Shown here in pieces: positions 9,684 to 20,570 of a stretch of DNA of 64,000 nt. The notes below the pieces were generated by a model. It saw only the letters and a list, made by a program, of their open reading frames with translations. It was not told the DNA's origin and made no database searches. The DNA lies in contig CAVVEY010000007.1 of NCBI GenBank assembly GCA_963747385.1, positions 457,050 through 521,049 on the forward strand. The letters run 5' to 3'. Numbering within the stretch: position 1 is the first letter of the stretch; each line of letters opens with the position of its first letter. The translations under genes were made by a program, and so were the position numbers. The stretch comes from an uncultured bacterium. Its GTDB lineage: Bacteria > Krumholzibacteriota > Krumholzibacteriia > Krumholzibacteriales > Krumholzibacteriaceae.

Positions 9684-11627
9684 ATGCAGGATGAGAAGCG
9701 TGTTGACGCAATTCAGGGCCCTGCTCAGGCGGGGGAAAAATCGTTCGAGAAAGGCGGTGACGCAGCGCGCGGCGCGCATACGAAAGCGTATCTGTCCATG
9801 TTCGAGCAGGTAGCTCCCGAGGAGCTTTCGGGCGAGGATTTGAAAAACGCCGAATGGGACGATATTCTGGCCGATATCAACCGCAAGGCGGTGGAGCTCC
9901 AGGAAGGGAATATCGTCAAGGGCACGGTGTACGAGGTGACCGATAACGAGGTTATCGTGAACGTCGGATTCAAGAGCGAGGGCTCGATCCCGCGCATCGA
10001 GTTTTCGAACGCGCCGAACGTCCAGAAGGGCGACATCTTCGACGTGTACCTCGAGAAGATGGAGAATCAGGACGGCCTTATCGTTCTTTCGAAGGAGAAG
10101 GCCGACTTTATCAGAGCCTGGGACGATATCAAGGAAGCGTACGACAAGCGTCTCACGGCGAAGGCCCGTGTCGACCATCGGATCAAGGGCGGCCTCGTCG
10201 TGAAGCTGATGGGTGTCGACGCGTTCCTGCCCGGTTCCCAGATAGCCCTCAGGCAGGTGCCCGATCTCGACGAGCTCATCGGACAGGATCTCGACTGCAA
10301 GATCATCAAGCTGAACAAACGCCGGCGCAACATCGTGGTATCGCGGCGCGTCGTTCTCGAGGAAGAGCGCGACGAAAAGAAAAAGAAGCTGCTTGCCGAA
10401 ATCGCCGTCGGACAGGAGCGCGAGGGAATCGTCAAGAACATCACCGATTTCGGGGCGTTCGTGGACCTGGGCGGCATCGACGGGCTCCTGCACCTCACGG
10501 ACCTCACGTGGGGCAGGGTGAGCCACCCGTCGGAAGTCGTCGCGATCAGCGACAAGCTCAAAGTGAAGATCCTCGATTTCGATCGGGAGCGGGAGCGCAT
10601 CTCGCTCGGATTGAAGCAGCTCACGCCGTATCCGTGGGAAGGCGTCGATCAGCGTTACCCCATCGGAACGAAGATGCGGGGCAAGGTAGTTTCGATCACC
10701 GACTACGGCGCGTTCGTCGAGCTCGAAAAGGGAATCGAAGGGCTCATTCACATCTCCGAGATGTCGTGGACGCGCCATGTGAAGCATCCGTCGAAGGTCG
10801 TCGCGATCGGCGATACCGTCGAAGCGATTATTCTCAACGTCGACAAGGAACACGAGAAAATCTCGCTCGGGCTCAAGCAGCTGGAGCCCGATCCCTGGAA
10901 GGCTCTCGAAGGCAAATATCCTCCGGGAACCCGCCTCAAGGGAAAGGTCAGAAACCTGACGAACTTCGGCGCCTTCGTCGAGATCGAGGACGGAATCGAC
11001 GGTCTCGTCCATATTTCGGACATGTCCTGGGCGAAACGCGTGCGTCATCCGTCCGAAGCGGTCCGCAAGGGAGACGAGCTCGAGGTGGTCGTTCTCGAGA
11101 TCGACAGCTCCAAGCGCCGTATCAGTCTCGGAATGAAGCAGACGAGAGAGAACCCGTGGAACGAGCTTGCGAAGGAGTTCAGCATCGGAATAGAGCTTCG
11201 GGGAAAGATCACGAGGCTTCTCGATCGCGGGGCCGTCGTCGAGCTCAAGGAGGATGTCGAAGGGTTCGTTCCGCTGTCGCATCTCGGAATCGACAACCTT
11301 CGAAAGCCCTCCGATCATTTCGACGTCGGCATGGAAATTCCGCTCAAGGTTATCAAGATCGACCCTCAGAACAAGCGGATCGTCCTGAGCGTGAGCGCGT
11401 ACCTCGAGAACATGTCGCCGGATGAAATCGACGCCTTCAGGAATAAATTCCCGAAGCGCGAGACGGCAGATCAGGATCGCGCCGCCGCGAGACAGGGGAC
11501 CGACGATCAGGCGGGCGCGCCCGCCGATTACGACATCGACGAGGCGTACGATGACGATATCGACGTTCCCGACGGCGATCCCGCCGCAGGCGCCGGGCCG
11601 GAAGGGACCGATCCGACGGCCGGTTGA
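9684..11627 (+). CDS. rpsA: 30S ribosomal protein S1 (six S1 domains, acidic C-terminal tail)
   Basis: 647-aa ORF with repeated S1 modules (e.g. GIVKNITDFGAFVDLGGIDGLLHLTDLTWG, GKVVSITDYGAFVELEKGIEGLIHISEMSW). Confidence 0.95.
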   Translation: MQDEKRVDAIQGPAQAGEKSFEKGGDAARGAHTKAYLSMFEQVAPEELSGEDLKNAEWDDILADINRKAVELQEGNIVKGTVYEVTDNEVIVNVGFKSEGSIPRIEFSNAPNVQKGDIFDVYLEKMENQDGLIVLSKEKADFIRAWDDIKEAYDKRLTAKARVDHRIKGGLVVKLMGVDAFLPGSQIALRQVPDLDELIGQDLDCKIIKLNKRRRNIVVSRRVVLEEERDEKKKKLLAEIAVGQEREGIVKNITDFGAFVDLGGIDGLLHLTDLTWGRVSHPSEVVAISDKLKVKILDFDRERERISLGLKQLTPYPWEGVDQRYPIGTKMRGKVVSITDYGAFVELEKGIEGLIHISEMSWTRHVKHPSKVVAIGDTVEAIILNVDKEHEKISLGLKQLEPDPWKALEGKYPPGTRLKGKVRNLTNFGAFVEIEDGIDGLVHISDMSWAKRVRHPSEAVRKGDELEVVVLEIDSSKRRISLGMKQTRENPWNELAKEFSIGIELRGKITRLLDRGAVVELKEDVEGFVPLSHLGIDNLRKPSDHFDVGMEIPLKVIKIDPQNKRIVLSVSAYLENMSPDEIDAFRNKFPKRETADQDRAAARQGTDDQAGAPADYDIDEAYDDDIDVPDGDPAAGAGPEGTDPTAG

Positions 11628-11657
11628 GCGTATGAGCGCGACACTGCAAACGAGCCG

Positions 11658-11690
11658 GAGAGGGTGGAATTCCACCCTCTCGGCGTTTTC
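11658..11690 (+). terminator. Rho-independent terminator after rpsA
   Basis: Perfect 10-bp stem GAGAGGGTGG / CCACCCTCTC with an AATT loop, followed by GGCGTTTTC. Confidence 0.7.
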
Positions 11691-11732
11691 GGCCCGATGT
11701 GCCGATTTCGCGATGAATCGAAGCGGGGAACC

Positions 11733-13091
11733 ATGGAAAAAACGTTCTCGACCGTCACGATAGGCTGCAAGCTCAATCAGTTCGAAACGGAATGGATCCG
11801 CGAAGCTCTCATGCGGAGAAACTGGAGATTCCGCCGATTCGAGGACGGAGCGGATTTCTGCATCATCAATACATGCACGGTGACGGCGAGAAGCGACGCC
11901 CGATGCCGCAATGCCGCGCGGCGCGCAAAGAGAACGAATCCCGCTTCCTTCGTCGTCGTTACCGGCTGCTGCGCCGAGACGCAGCGCGAGAATCTCGACG
12001 CGATGAGAGAGGTGGATCTCGTTCTCGGGAACGGGGAAAAGAGCTCCTTGCCGGCGATCGTCGACGCGATCGCGGAGAGGGACCGGGGAGGCTTTCCGCC
12101 GGATGGTCCGGAGAGTTCCCGGCGCGAATCGCCGGAGCGCTTTGAAATCGACCGGTTCCTCGACCACGCGCGGGCCTTCGTCAAGATCCAGGAGGGATGC
12201 GACGCATCCTGCAGCTATTGTATCGTCCCCCGGGCGAGGGGAGCGAGCCGCAGCGTTCCCGTCGCCGACGTTCTCGAGCAGGTATCGATTCTCCGGGAGA
12301 ACGGCTACCACGAGGTGGTGCTCACCGGCGTGCATATCGGCCGCTACGGCGCGGATTTCAGTCCGCCGTGCGCCCTCGCCGATCTCGTCGGCGCTATTCT
12401 CGATCGTATCGACACCGTGCGGGTTCGCCTGAGCAGCATCGAGATGAACGAGGTGACGCCGGAGCTCCTCGATATCGTTCGATCGACGGATCGTTGTGCG
12501 CCTCATCTGCACATTCCGCTTCAAAGCGGGGACGATCGTATCCTCGAGGCGATGAACCGTTCCTACCGCGCATCCGGCTTCCGACGCAGAATCGAGGAAG
12601 TCGCCCGCGCGAGGAATGGCATCGCGATCGGCACCGATATCATCGTCGGATTCCCCGGCGAAACGGAGGTCTCTTTCGATAACACCCTCGAACTCGTCCG
12701 CGACCTTCCGATCAGCTTTATCCACGTATTCGGCTTTTCTCCGCGGCCGCAGACGCCGGCGGCCGACCTCGGCGGAAAGGTCGGCGGGGATATAAAGCGG
12801 GCGCGACGCGACCGCCTCATCGAGCTCGGCGAGGCGAAAAAGCGCGATTATCTCGAATCGCACGTCGGCTCGATCCAGATCGCTCTCGTGCAGAAACCCC
12901 CGCGCCGGCACTCATCGCTCGTCCGTTCGCTCACCGGCACCTATTGCGAGGTTCTTCTTCCGAAAGGGATAGGCGCGCGCGGTTCCCTCGTTCCCGTTCG
13001 AGTGAGCCGCTTCGAGCGTGGAATCCTCTACGGAGCGCCGCTTGAAGGGGATTCAGCCCCGAAACCGGCGACCGGTGCGGGGGGGCGTTGA
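11733..13091 (+). CDS. mtaB: Radical-SAM methylthiotransferase, MtaB-like (tRNA t6A37 methylthiotransferase family)
   Basis: Internal ATG 11733 of track ORF 11664..13091 (MEKTFSTVTIGCKLNQFETE). It has the N-terminal MTTase cysteines (GCKLN, INTCTVT, TGCC), the radical-SAM CxxxCxxC (CDASCSYC) and a TRAM-like C-terminus. Confidence 0.8.
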   Translation: MEKTFSTVTIGCKLNQFETEWIREALMRRNWRFRRFEDGADFCIINTCTVTARSDARCRNAARRAKRTNPASFVVVTGCCAETQRENLDAMREVDLVLGNGEKSSLPAIVDAIAERDRGGFPPDGPESSRRESPERFEIDRFLDHARAFVKIQEGCDASCSYCIVPRARGASRSVPVADVLEQVSILRENGYHEVVLTGVHIGRYGADFSPPCALADLVGAILDRIDTVRVRLSSIEMNEVTPELLDIVRSTDRCAPHLHIPLQSGDDRILEAMNRSYRASGFRRRIEEVARARNGIAIGTDIIVGFPGETEVSFDNTLELVRDLPISFIHVFGFSPRPQTPAADLGGKVGGDIKRARRDRLIELGEAKKRDYLESHVGSIQIALVQKPPRRHSSLVRSLTGTYCEVLLPKGIGARGSLVPVRVSRFERGILYGAPLEGDSAPKPATGAGGR

Positions 13092-14438
13092 AGCGATTGA
13101 ATGTATACTGCGAGAGCTTCGGTTGCCAGATGAACGCGTACGATACGGACGTTATCTCGGCGCTTCTCGTGGAGCGCGGGCACGCGATCGTCCGCACTCC
13201 CGACGGCGCCGATTGCATCGTCGTCAATACCTGCAGCGTGCGCGATCATGCGGAGCGGCGCGCGATCGGGCGTCTTCTCGACCTTTCGCGTCATCGCGAC
13301 GCCGTGCTCGTCGTCTGCGGATGCATGGCGCAGCGTCTCGGCGCGGAGCTTTTCGACCTCGTGCCCGCCGTCAGAATCGTGGCCGGCACCGACAGCTACG
13401 CGCTCCTGCCCGACGCGATCGCGGCCTCCGCGCAGGATGGGGGACGTTTCGCGTTTCTCGAGACGAACGACGACGCCGCATGCGAGGCATCGCCCCTGAA
13501 ATCGAAGGGGGGCGTATCGCGATACATTTCGATAACGAAAGGATGCGAGAATTACTGTTCGTACTGCATCGTGCCGTATCTGCGCGGGAGGACACGGAGC
13601 AGGGGCGCCGACTCGATCGTTCGCGAGGCGTCGTCCGATGGTCGCGTGCGGAGCGAAGGAAGTTACGATGCTGGGACAGAACGTCATCGCATATCGCGAC
13701 GATACGACGGATTTCAGGGGACTCGCCGAACGCGTTCTCGCGGAAACGGAGGTCCGGCGGCTGCGATTCCTCACGAGCCATCCGCGTGACGTCAATGCGG
13801 CGGTCTTCGATCTCATGGCTCGCGAGAAACGTTTCTGCAGCCATATTCACCTCCCGGTGCAAGCCGGAAGCGATCGTATTCTCGCGGCGATGAATCGCGG
13901 CTACACCCGGGACACGTATCTCGACAAGCTGCGGGAGGCCCGGGCGATCGTGCCCGATCTTGCCGTCACGACCGACATCATCGTCGGTTTCCCCTCGGAG
14001 ACTGAAGAGGAATTCAGGCAAACGCTCGATCTCGTGCGCGAGGCCCGGTTCGACGCCGCTTTCACATTCCAATACTCGCCCCGGGCGGGAACGGCGGCGC
14101 ACGAGATGCCCGACGACGTGAGCGCGGGGGAAAAAAAGGAGCGGTTGCTCGCATTGAACGCGCTCGTCCAGGAGGAGCGCCGGATAATTCTCTCCGCTCA
14201 GCTCGGCCGCCGGACCGAAATCCTCCTTGACGGTGCGGCCGAAAAAGGGGAATATCGGTTCCTGAAAGGGAGGACCCCGGAATTCAGGAACGTGCTCGTG
14301 CCGCCGGGCAACCTGAACGACGGGGATCTCGTCCCGGTCGTTTTGAAGCGCCTCGTCAACTTCACCTTCGAAGGGGAGGTTGCGGCGCGGACAGAGCATC
14401 GAACCGGCGGATTTCGGTCCGGCGCCATTCCCGCATAG
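13088..14438 (+). pseudogene. miaB: tRNA-i6A37 methylthiotransferase MiaB, one +1 frame break as assembled
   Basis: ORF 13088..13789 carries YCESFGCQMNAYD, VNTCSVR, CGCMAQ and CENYCSYCIVPYLRG. The conserved continuation MVACGAKEVTMLGQNV...HLPVQAGSDRIL...TDIIVGFPSETEEEF is in ORF 13638..14438. The junction is at ~13637. Confidence 0.85.
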
Positions 14439-15494
14439 ATGAACATGGGAAAACGAATTTTCGCAATCGTCTCCGGCCTGATCGCGCTCTCGATCGCCGC
14501 ATACGCCGCGCATCCCTCGCTCAGGCGCGCAGAAGAACTCTTCCGCAAATCGGATTACGAACGCGCGAGGCGAATCGCCGCCGCCGATACGTCCTCGATG
14601 GATCGTTCCTCCTTCGTCGCCGCGCTGATCATGCTCGCGCGGATCGAAACCGATTACGCGAAGGCGGAATCGCTCCTTCGCCGCGTTATGGCTTCCGGGA
14701 ACGGGATCGCGGCGGATCGGGCGCGTCTCGAGCTTTCAACCATGCGCTACGCCACGGGGGATTATGCCGGCGCCCTCGATCTGCTCTCGGAGAGGAAGGC
14801 GCCGGGGTCGGGACGCGACGCCGAGAAAGCCGCGTATTTCAGCGCTCTCTGCCGACGGCAACTCGGCGACAACGCCGGCGCCGCCTCCGAATTCGCCGGG
14901 ATCGCGCAGGGGGAATACTTCTCGTGGAGCGTGCTCGCGCGAGCCGAGATCGCCGCGCAGGACGGGCGGCTCGCCGAAGCGATCGGGAAATACGAGAGCG
15001 TCGCCCGATCGCATCGGAGCCCGATCGCGGTTTTCAAGCTGGCCGAATGCCTCGAACAGCTCGGGGATCGGGAAAAGGCGCTCGAGAGGTACCGTTCTCT
15101 GATCGACGAGTTTCCGCGGTCCTTCGAGGCGGGAAGGGCGAACGAGAAGATTCAGCTCTTGGCCGCGTCGAGAGCCAGGGCGAAGGACGAGAAACAGGCC
15201 GGAGGGGGTGAATCGGGGGTATCGCCCGCGAGGGAAGGCGCGGTGCCGGCAGGCGCGAGGGACAGGTTCACGATCCAGTTCGGGTCTTTCGGAGCGAAAG
15301 CGAACGCTCTGGCCGTTTCCGATAAGCTCGGAGGAATATTCCGCGGCGTCCGCGTCGAGCGCTTCGAGCTCGAGGGTCGCGTCATGCATCGCGTTCGCGT
15401 CGGAATCTACGAGAGCAGGGAATCGGCCGCGAGAGACGTCGCGCGAGCGAAGGAACGATTCGGGTTGACCGGCGCGATCGTCCCCCTGCAATAA
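14439..15494 (+). CDS. TPR-like / SPOR-domain protein with an N-terminal signal or anchor
   Basis: 351-aa ORF with a hydrophobic N-terminus (IFAIVSGLIALSIAAYA), a helical-repeat middle and a C-terminal SPOR-like domain (FTIQFGSFGAKANALAVSDKL...HRVRVGIYESRESAARDVA). Confidence 0.7.
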   Translation: MNMGKRIFAIVSGLIALSIAAYAAHPSLRRAEELFRKSDYERARRIAAADTSSMDRSSFVAALIMLARIETDYAKAESLLRRVMASGNGIAADRARLELSTMRYATGDYAGALDLLSERKAPGSGRDAEKAAYFSALCRRQLGDNAGAASEFAGIAQGEYFSWSVLARAEIAAQDGRLAEAIGKYESVARSHRSPIAVFKLAECLEQLGDREKALERYRSLIDEFPRSFEAGRANEKIQLLAASRARAKDEKQAGGGESGVSPAREGAVPAGARDRFTIQFGSFGAKANALAVSDKLGGIFRGVRVERFELEGRVMHRVRVGIYESRESAARDVARAKERFGLTGAIVPLQ

Positions 15495-15497
15495 GAG

Positions 15498-18078
15498 ATG
15501 AACTACCGTCTCACGCCCCTCATGAACCAGTACCGCGAGATCAAGAGCCGGTACCCGCAGGGAATTCTCTTCTTTCAGGTAGGGGATTTCTACGAGACGT
15601 TCTACGACGACGCCAAAGAGGTTTCCCGGCTCCTCAATATCGCTCTCACGACGCGCGACAAGGACAAGAGCAATCCGGTTCCCCTCGCCGGGGTTCCGAT
15701 CCATGCGGCCGAGACCTATATCGCGAAACTCCTGCAGCTGGGCCGCGCCGTCGTGAGTCTGCGACCAGGCGGAGGACACTCCCGGCCCCTCGGGAGTCGT
15801 GAAGCGCGTCGTCACGGACATCGTCACGCCCGGCACCACGCTCTCCCCGGCGACGCTCGTCGAGCGGGAGAACAACTATATCATCTCCATGACGGAGCGG
15901 GCCGAAAGGATCGGGTTCGCGATCCTCGACGTTTCGACGGGAGAATTCAGCGCCGGAGAGGATTTCGCGGCCATGATCGAGCAGGCTCTCGCCGGAACGA
16001 GGCTCCGCGAAGCGATACTGCCTCACGGTTCCGGCGCTCTCCGCAGCCGCATCGAGACGCTCGATAGTCGGGCGACGATCGACGAACGGGCACCGTATGA
16101 GTTCGAGGAACAGTCCGCGCGCGCGGCGCTTCGGTCGCATTTCGGCGTAAGCGATCTCACCTGCTTCGATCTCGAGGACAAGCCGCTCGCGATCGCGGCG
16201 GCGGGGGCGCTTCTTTCGTTCGTGAAGGAGCTGCGGCAGAACGAGTTCGCGCATATCGCGGGCATCAAGCTCTTCGTCGCGGGGGACAGCCTTTTTCTCG
16301 ACGCCGAGACGCTCGGGAACCTCGAGGTATTCGAACCGCTGCGGGGGAACGAGCCCGATACGACCCTCATCCATCATCTCGATCAGACAGAAACGGCCCC
16401 GGGCGCGCGCGAGCTCCGGAAATGGCTGATGCACCCGTCGCGCAGGGCCGAAGTGATCAAGCGGCGGCTCGATGCGATCGGATCGCTTCTCTCGGACCAT
16501 ACCGCGCTGCGGGCGCTGCGCGGCACGCTGAGGAGATTCGCCGACATCGAACGGCTCCTGTCGCGCATCACCGCGCTGAAGGCGGGTCCTCGCGAGCTGC
16601 TCGCGCTCGCGGAGGCGCTCGAACGCGCTCCGGCGATCGCGGAAGCCGCGGGACGATTCGACGCCGACGCGATCCGCGAGGCGGCTCGGGGCTTGTCCGC
16701 TCCGATCTCGTGCCTCGACGTCCTGAGGCGGGGCATCGATCCGGCGAGCCCTCCGCACCTCCGCGAGGGAGGAGTCATCAGAAGCGGCTACCGGGACGAT
16801 CTCGACGTTCTCATCCGGGAATCGGTCGACGGCAAGGCGTGGATCGCGCGGCTGCAGGAATCCGAGCGGGAGCGCACGGGGATCTCCTCGCTTCGAGTAG
16901 GCTATAACAGGGTGTTCGGCTACTATATAGAGATTTCGCGCGCGCACGACGACAAGGTGCCTCCCGGGTATATCACCAAGCAGACCCTTGTCTCGTCGCA
17001 GCGCTATGTGACGGAGGATCTCAAGATCAGGGAACAGACCATCATCAGCGCGGACGCGCGTCGAATCGCGCTCGAACGCGAGATATTCGATACGATCTGC
17101 GAAACGGTATCGCGGGAAAGCGTCGCGATCCAGCGTATCGCGTCCGCCGTCGCGACGCTGGACGTCCTGTCGTCGCTCGCCGTTACGGCTCTCGAGCGGA
17201 ACTACTGCCGGCCCGAAATCAACGAAACGGGGGATCTCGTCGTGACGGACGGGCAGACATCCCGTCGTCGAGCGAATCTCCGGAAAGGATTTTATACCGA
17301 ACGATATCGAGCTTCGATCGAGCGGGAAGAGCTTTATCGTGACTCACGGGGCCGAATATGGGCGGAAAATCGACGTATATCCGCCAGGCCGCGATCATCG
17401 CGCTTCTCGCGCATGCGGGAAGCTACGTTCCCGCGACCCGGGCTTCCGTGAGCCTGCTTGACCGGATATTCACCCGCGTGGGATCGAGCGACAACCTTGC
17501 TCGGGGCCAGAGCACCTTCCTCGTCGAGATGGGTGAAACGGCCAAGATCCTCAATTGCTGCACGGAGCGAAGCCTCGTCATCCTCGACGAGATAGGGCGT
17601 GGGACAAGCACGCTCGACGGCTTGAGCATCGCCTGGGCGGTATCCGAGTTCCTTATCGAGGGGGACGGATCGAGGCCAAAGACCCTCTTCGCGACCCATT
17701 ACCACGAGCTCACGCGCCTCGCCGAACGTTTTCCGCATGTGCGCGCCATGCGCGTCGAGGTCAAGGAATGGGGAGATCAGATCGTATTTCTCTACAAGAT
17801 CCGCGAGGGAGCGAGCGACAGAAGCTACGGCATTCACGTCGCGCGCCTCGCGGGACTGCCCGATTCGGTTACTCGGCGCGCCGGCGAAATTCTGGCGTCG
17901 CTCGAACGGGAGAAAGCGAGCATGATGCCGTCCGGAACCGATCCGGCGAGACAGACTTCCCTTTTTCGCGATTCCGATCTCGTCGCAGAACGCCTGCAAC
18001 GAATTGATACTAATGCTATTACACCGCTTGGAAGCCCTCAATATCCTCATCGAGCTCAAGAGCGACGTGGAAGATTAG
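15498..18078 (+). pseudogene. mutS: DNA mismatch repair protein MutS, four +1 frame breaks as assembled
   Basis: The gene runs across ORFs 15498.., 15799.. and 17358... Corrected junctions are GRAVV|VCDQAEDT (extra base 15756), VTDG|RHPVVE (17254), [17 protein letters not shown] (~17345-17349) and ITPL|[15 protein letters not shown]-stop (18030, corrected stop 18076-18078). Walker A, STFLVEM and DEIGRGTST motifs are intact. Confidence 0.9.
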
Positions 18079-18145
18079 GGCAACCGCACTTCTGGCTCGA
18101 CTTATGCTAAAAGACTAATGGGTAATACTATTTCGCGGCGGAACG

Positions 18146-20451
18146 ATGCAGGAGTGGACCGTGTCCGGAACGAACATAACGATCGCCATTCTGGGCGGGG
18201 GCGAGGAGGAGCTCAATGTTCTGAGCGAATTCCATCGCACTCCGCATATCGCCATCATCGGCGTCTACGACCGCGATCCGCGCGCCGTGGCGCTTGAAAT
18301 CGCCGAAATTATCGGCATTCCCGCTTACTCCGACGATCGCTTTCTCGCATGCCTTTCTCAAGGCGGATTATATAATCGTAACGGATAAACGGAAATTCTA
18401 CGAAAAAGAAATCGCCTTGCTCAAGAAGGAGCGCAAGCGGATCGTCAATCCCGCCGAAGCGGTCGGCCACTTTTCCACGGCCGCTCAGGAGAAGGATAGC
18501 GCGGTATCCGATCCGTGGCCCGCGCACCTTGAAGACGCGCTCGAATACATGAACCACATCACGGATCGCGAGCGCCTGCTGAAATGGCTCCTCGATATAT
18601 CGATACGGGCCGTCGGCGCATCGAGCGGTTCCATCATGCTCTACTCCGCCGAGAGCCGGGAGCTCTATATAGGCTACGCGAACGGGTTGAGCGCCGAGGT
18701 CGTCGACCGGACGAGGCAGAAGCTGGGCGAAGGAATCGCCGGAACCGTCGCGCGGACGCTGGCGCCCCTTCTCATAACCGAGATCGTGAACTCGCCTCTT
18801 TACCGCGACGGGAGGGAGCGTGAAGACATCGCGAGCTCCATTTCCGTGGCGCTCGTTCACGGGGGAAAGCTCATCGGCGTGCTCAACGTATCCACGAGCG
18901 CGAACGAAAAGAAGCTCGGGACCGGGGATATGGAGACGATCACGCTTCTCGCCTCGAAGATCGCCCCGATCCTCGATCAGCATCTTATGATCGACGCGCA
19001 CGAGATCAGGGAGAGCGAGTTTCAGATCCGTAACTATCTCGAGGCGCTCTTTCACCAGCAACTCGGATTTCACGAGAAGTTCACCCTGCTGACGAGATTT
19101 CTCGCCGAAGAGCTCAAGGCGGATACGGTCGCGATCTACACCGCCACGGATGAGGGAGACTGGCTCATTCTCGGCGGCAGCGATCAGCAGATGCCCGCCG
19201 GAGCGCAAACTCCGCGGATTCACTGCAACAAAGGCAGCCTTGCGCGCGCGTATGTCGGCGGGGAGGAAATTCTCATGACCGAGGTGAGCCACACCGCGGG
19301 GCTCCAGCTCAAGATCGGCGACGGCGTCATCACATCGATCTATATCCCCCTGGTGCACAACGAGCCTCTCGGCGTCATGGTCATCGAATTCTCCAATCTG
19401 AGCGCGCAGCAGACCTTCTTCAGGCTCAAGGACGCCCTTCGCTTCCAGGTCGCCTTTTTTACATACGCGCAGATCCGCGAGGTGCGGCAATCGAGAAAGC
19501 TCGAGAGCCTCGAGGAGCTCTCCGCGTTCGCTCCGACCTTCGTGGCGCTCGACGATCTTTCGGCGAAGATCCGGAATCTGCCCGCGCTTCTCTCGTCCCT
19601 CGTCAAGGCATCGATGGGAAGCCTTCACTATGAAAGTCCCGATCGGAGGGAGTCGGCGTACCATCAATTCCCGGATGATGAAAAGGAAAGGCGCAGCAGG
19701 CTCGAATACGACGCGGAGATGCTCGAGACGGTAACGTCGAACGGGGAGCCGATATGCACGAGCTACCTGTCGGCCGATTTGAAGCTCTTCGACAAGTCTC
19801 CGCTTCATCGATCGGCCATCGGATATCCCTTGTTCAAATCGGACGACTCGAGCGTCGTGTATATAGGCTACAACAAGGCGCCGATTACTCCCCTCGATTC
19901 CTCGATCTTCGGCGAGCACGAAACCGCCCTTCTTCGAAAGGTCGCCGATCTCGTTGCCCCGATATTCTCGAAGGTGGAGGGAAAAAGCCGGGAAACGGAA
20001 TCGTTCACCTTCGACGATCTATTGCGCTACAATCAGAAACTCATGATAGAGCGCATCAACGAAGAGATAGAACGGGCCGAGAGATACCATCACGGATTCA
20101 CGATAACAGTATTTAAAATCAACGGGTTGAACGCCATATTTGATAGCGATTATCAAGGCCGGGTTGAAGCTGGTCAACGAACTCAGCATGGGTATCCGGG
20201 CGCAGGTGCGGAAAACCGACTTTTTCTCGTGGACCGAGCCGGATCTCTTTATCGTTCTCTCGGTGGAGGGATATCAGCGCATGGGCTACCTCGAGAATCG
20301 GGTCAAGGAATTCATATCCCGGAAATTCCACGAGAAGGGTTATCGCGACGCCGCCATGTACTTCCCTTCCAACGGCTACGCCGTGTTCCCGGGAACGTCC
20401 GCCAGCACGCCCGAGCTTGTCAACGAAGCGAAATCGAAAATACACGCCTAG
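18146..20451 (+). pseudogene. Multi-GAF signalling protein with an N-terminal Rossmann-like module and a C-terminal degenerate GGDEF-like domain; two +1 frame breaks as assembled
   Basis: It starts in ORF 18146..18388 (ITIAILGGGEEELNVL...), continues in the frame of ORF 18294.. after a break at ~18359-18362 (GAF-like blocks, e.g. GSIMLYSAESRELYIGYANG...GIAGTVART), and ends in ORF 20140..20451 after a break at ~20154-20157. The C-terminal domain resembles GGDEF but lacks the GG(D/E)EF signature. Confidence 0.65.
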
Positions 20452-20570
20452 CCTTTGCCCGCGCCTTTTCCGCATTGCGGAACGAATGCGCCCTATGCTA
20501 CGTTTCCCTTCACGCGAGACATGAAGTGAGAGAGGGGTCCGAATCAGGAAGCCTTTGCCGCGGAGGACGT

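Noticed and set aside
9405-12911. 1168-aa ORF on the minus strand, the second-longest ORF in the track
   Set aside because: It runs exactly antisense to ispH (3' end), rpsA and mtaB, which all have unambiguous conserved signatures. Its translation is Arg/Asp/Leu-rich and low in complexity, with no motif. It is a typical stop-poor shadow frame of GC-rich coding DNA.
1538-20157. Possibility that the +1 breaks are programmed ribosomal frameshifts (prfB-like CTT-N slippery sites at 1538-1541, 18027-18030 and possibly 18353-18356; TTT-G at ~20142-20145)
   Set aside because: Only a minority of the sites can be drawn this way. Others (for example AAG-A at 3030, GTG-A at 15756, CAG-A at 22880, GGG-A at 23031) have no slippery codon, no in-frame stop and no upstream SD-like stimulator. 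Programmed +1 shifting in uvrC, mutS, mutL and miaA is not known.
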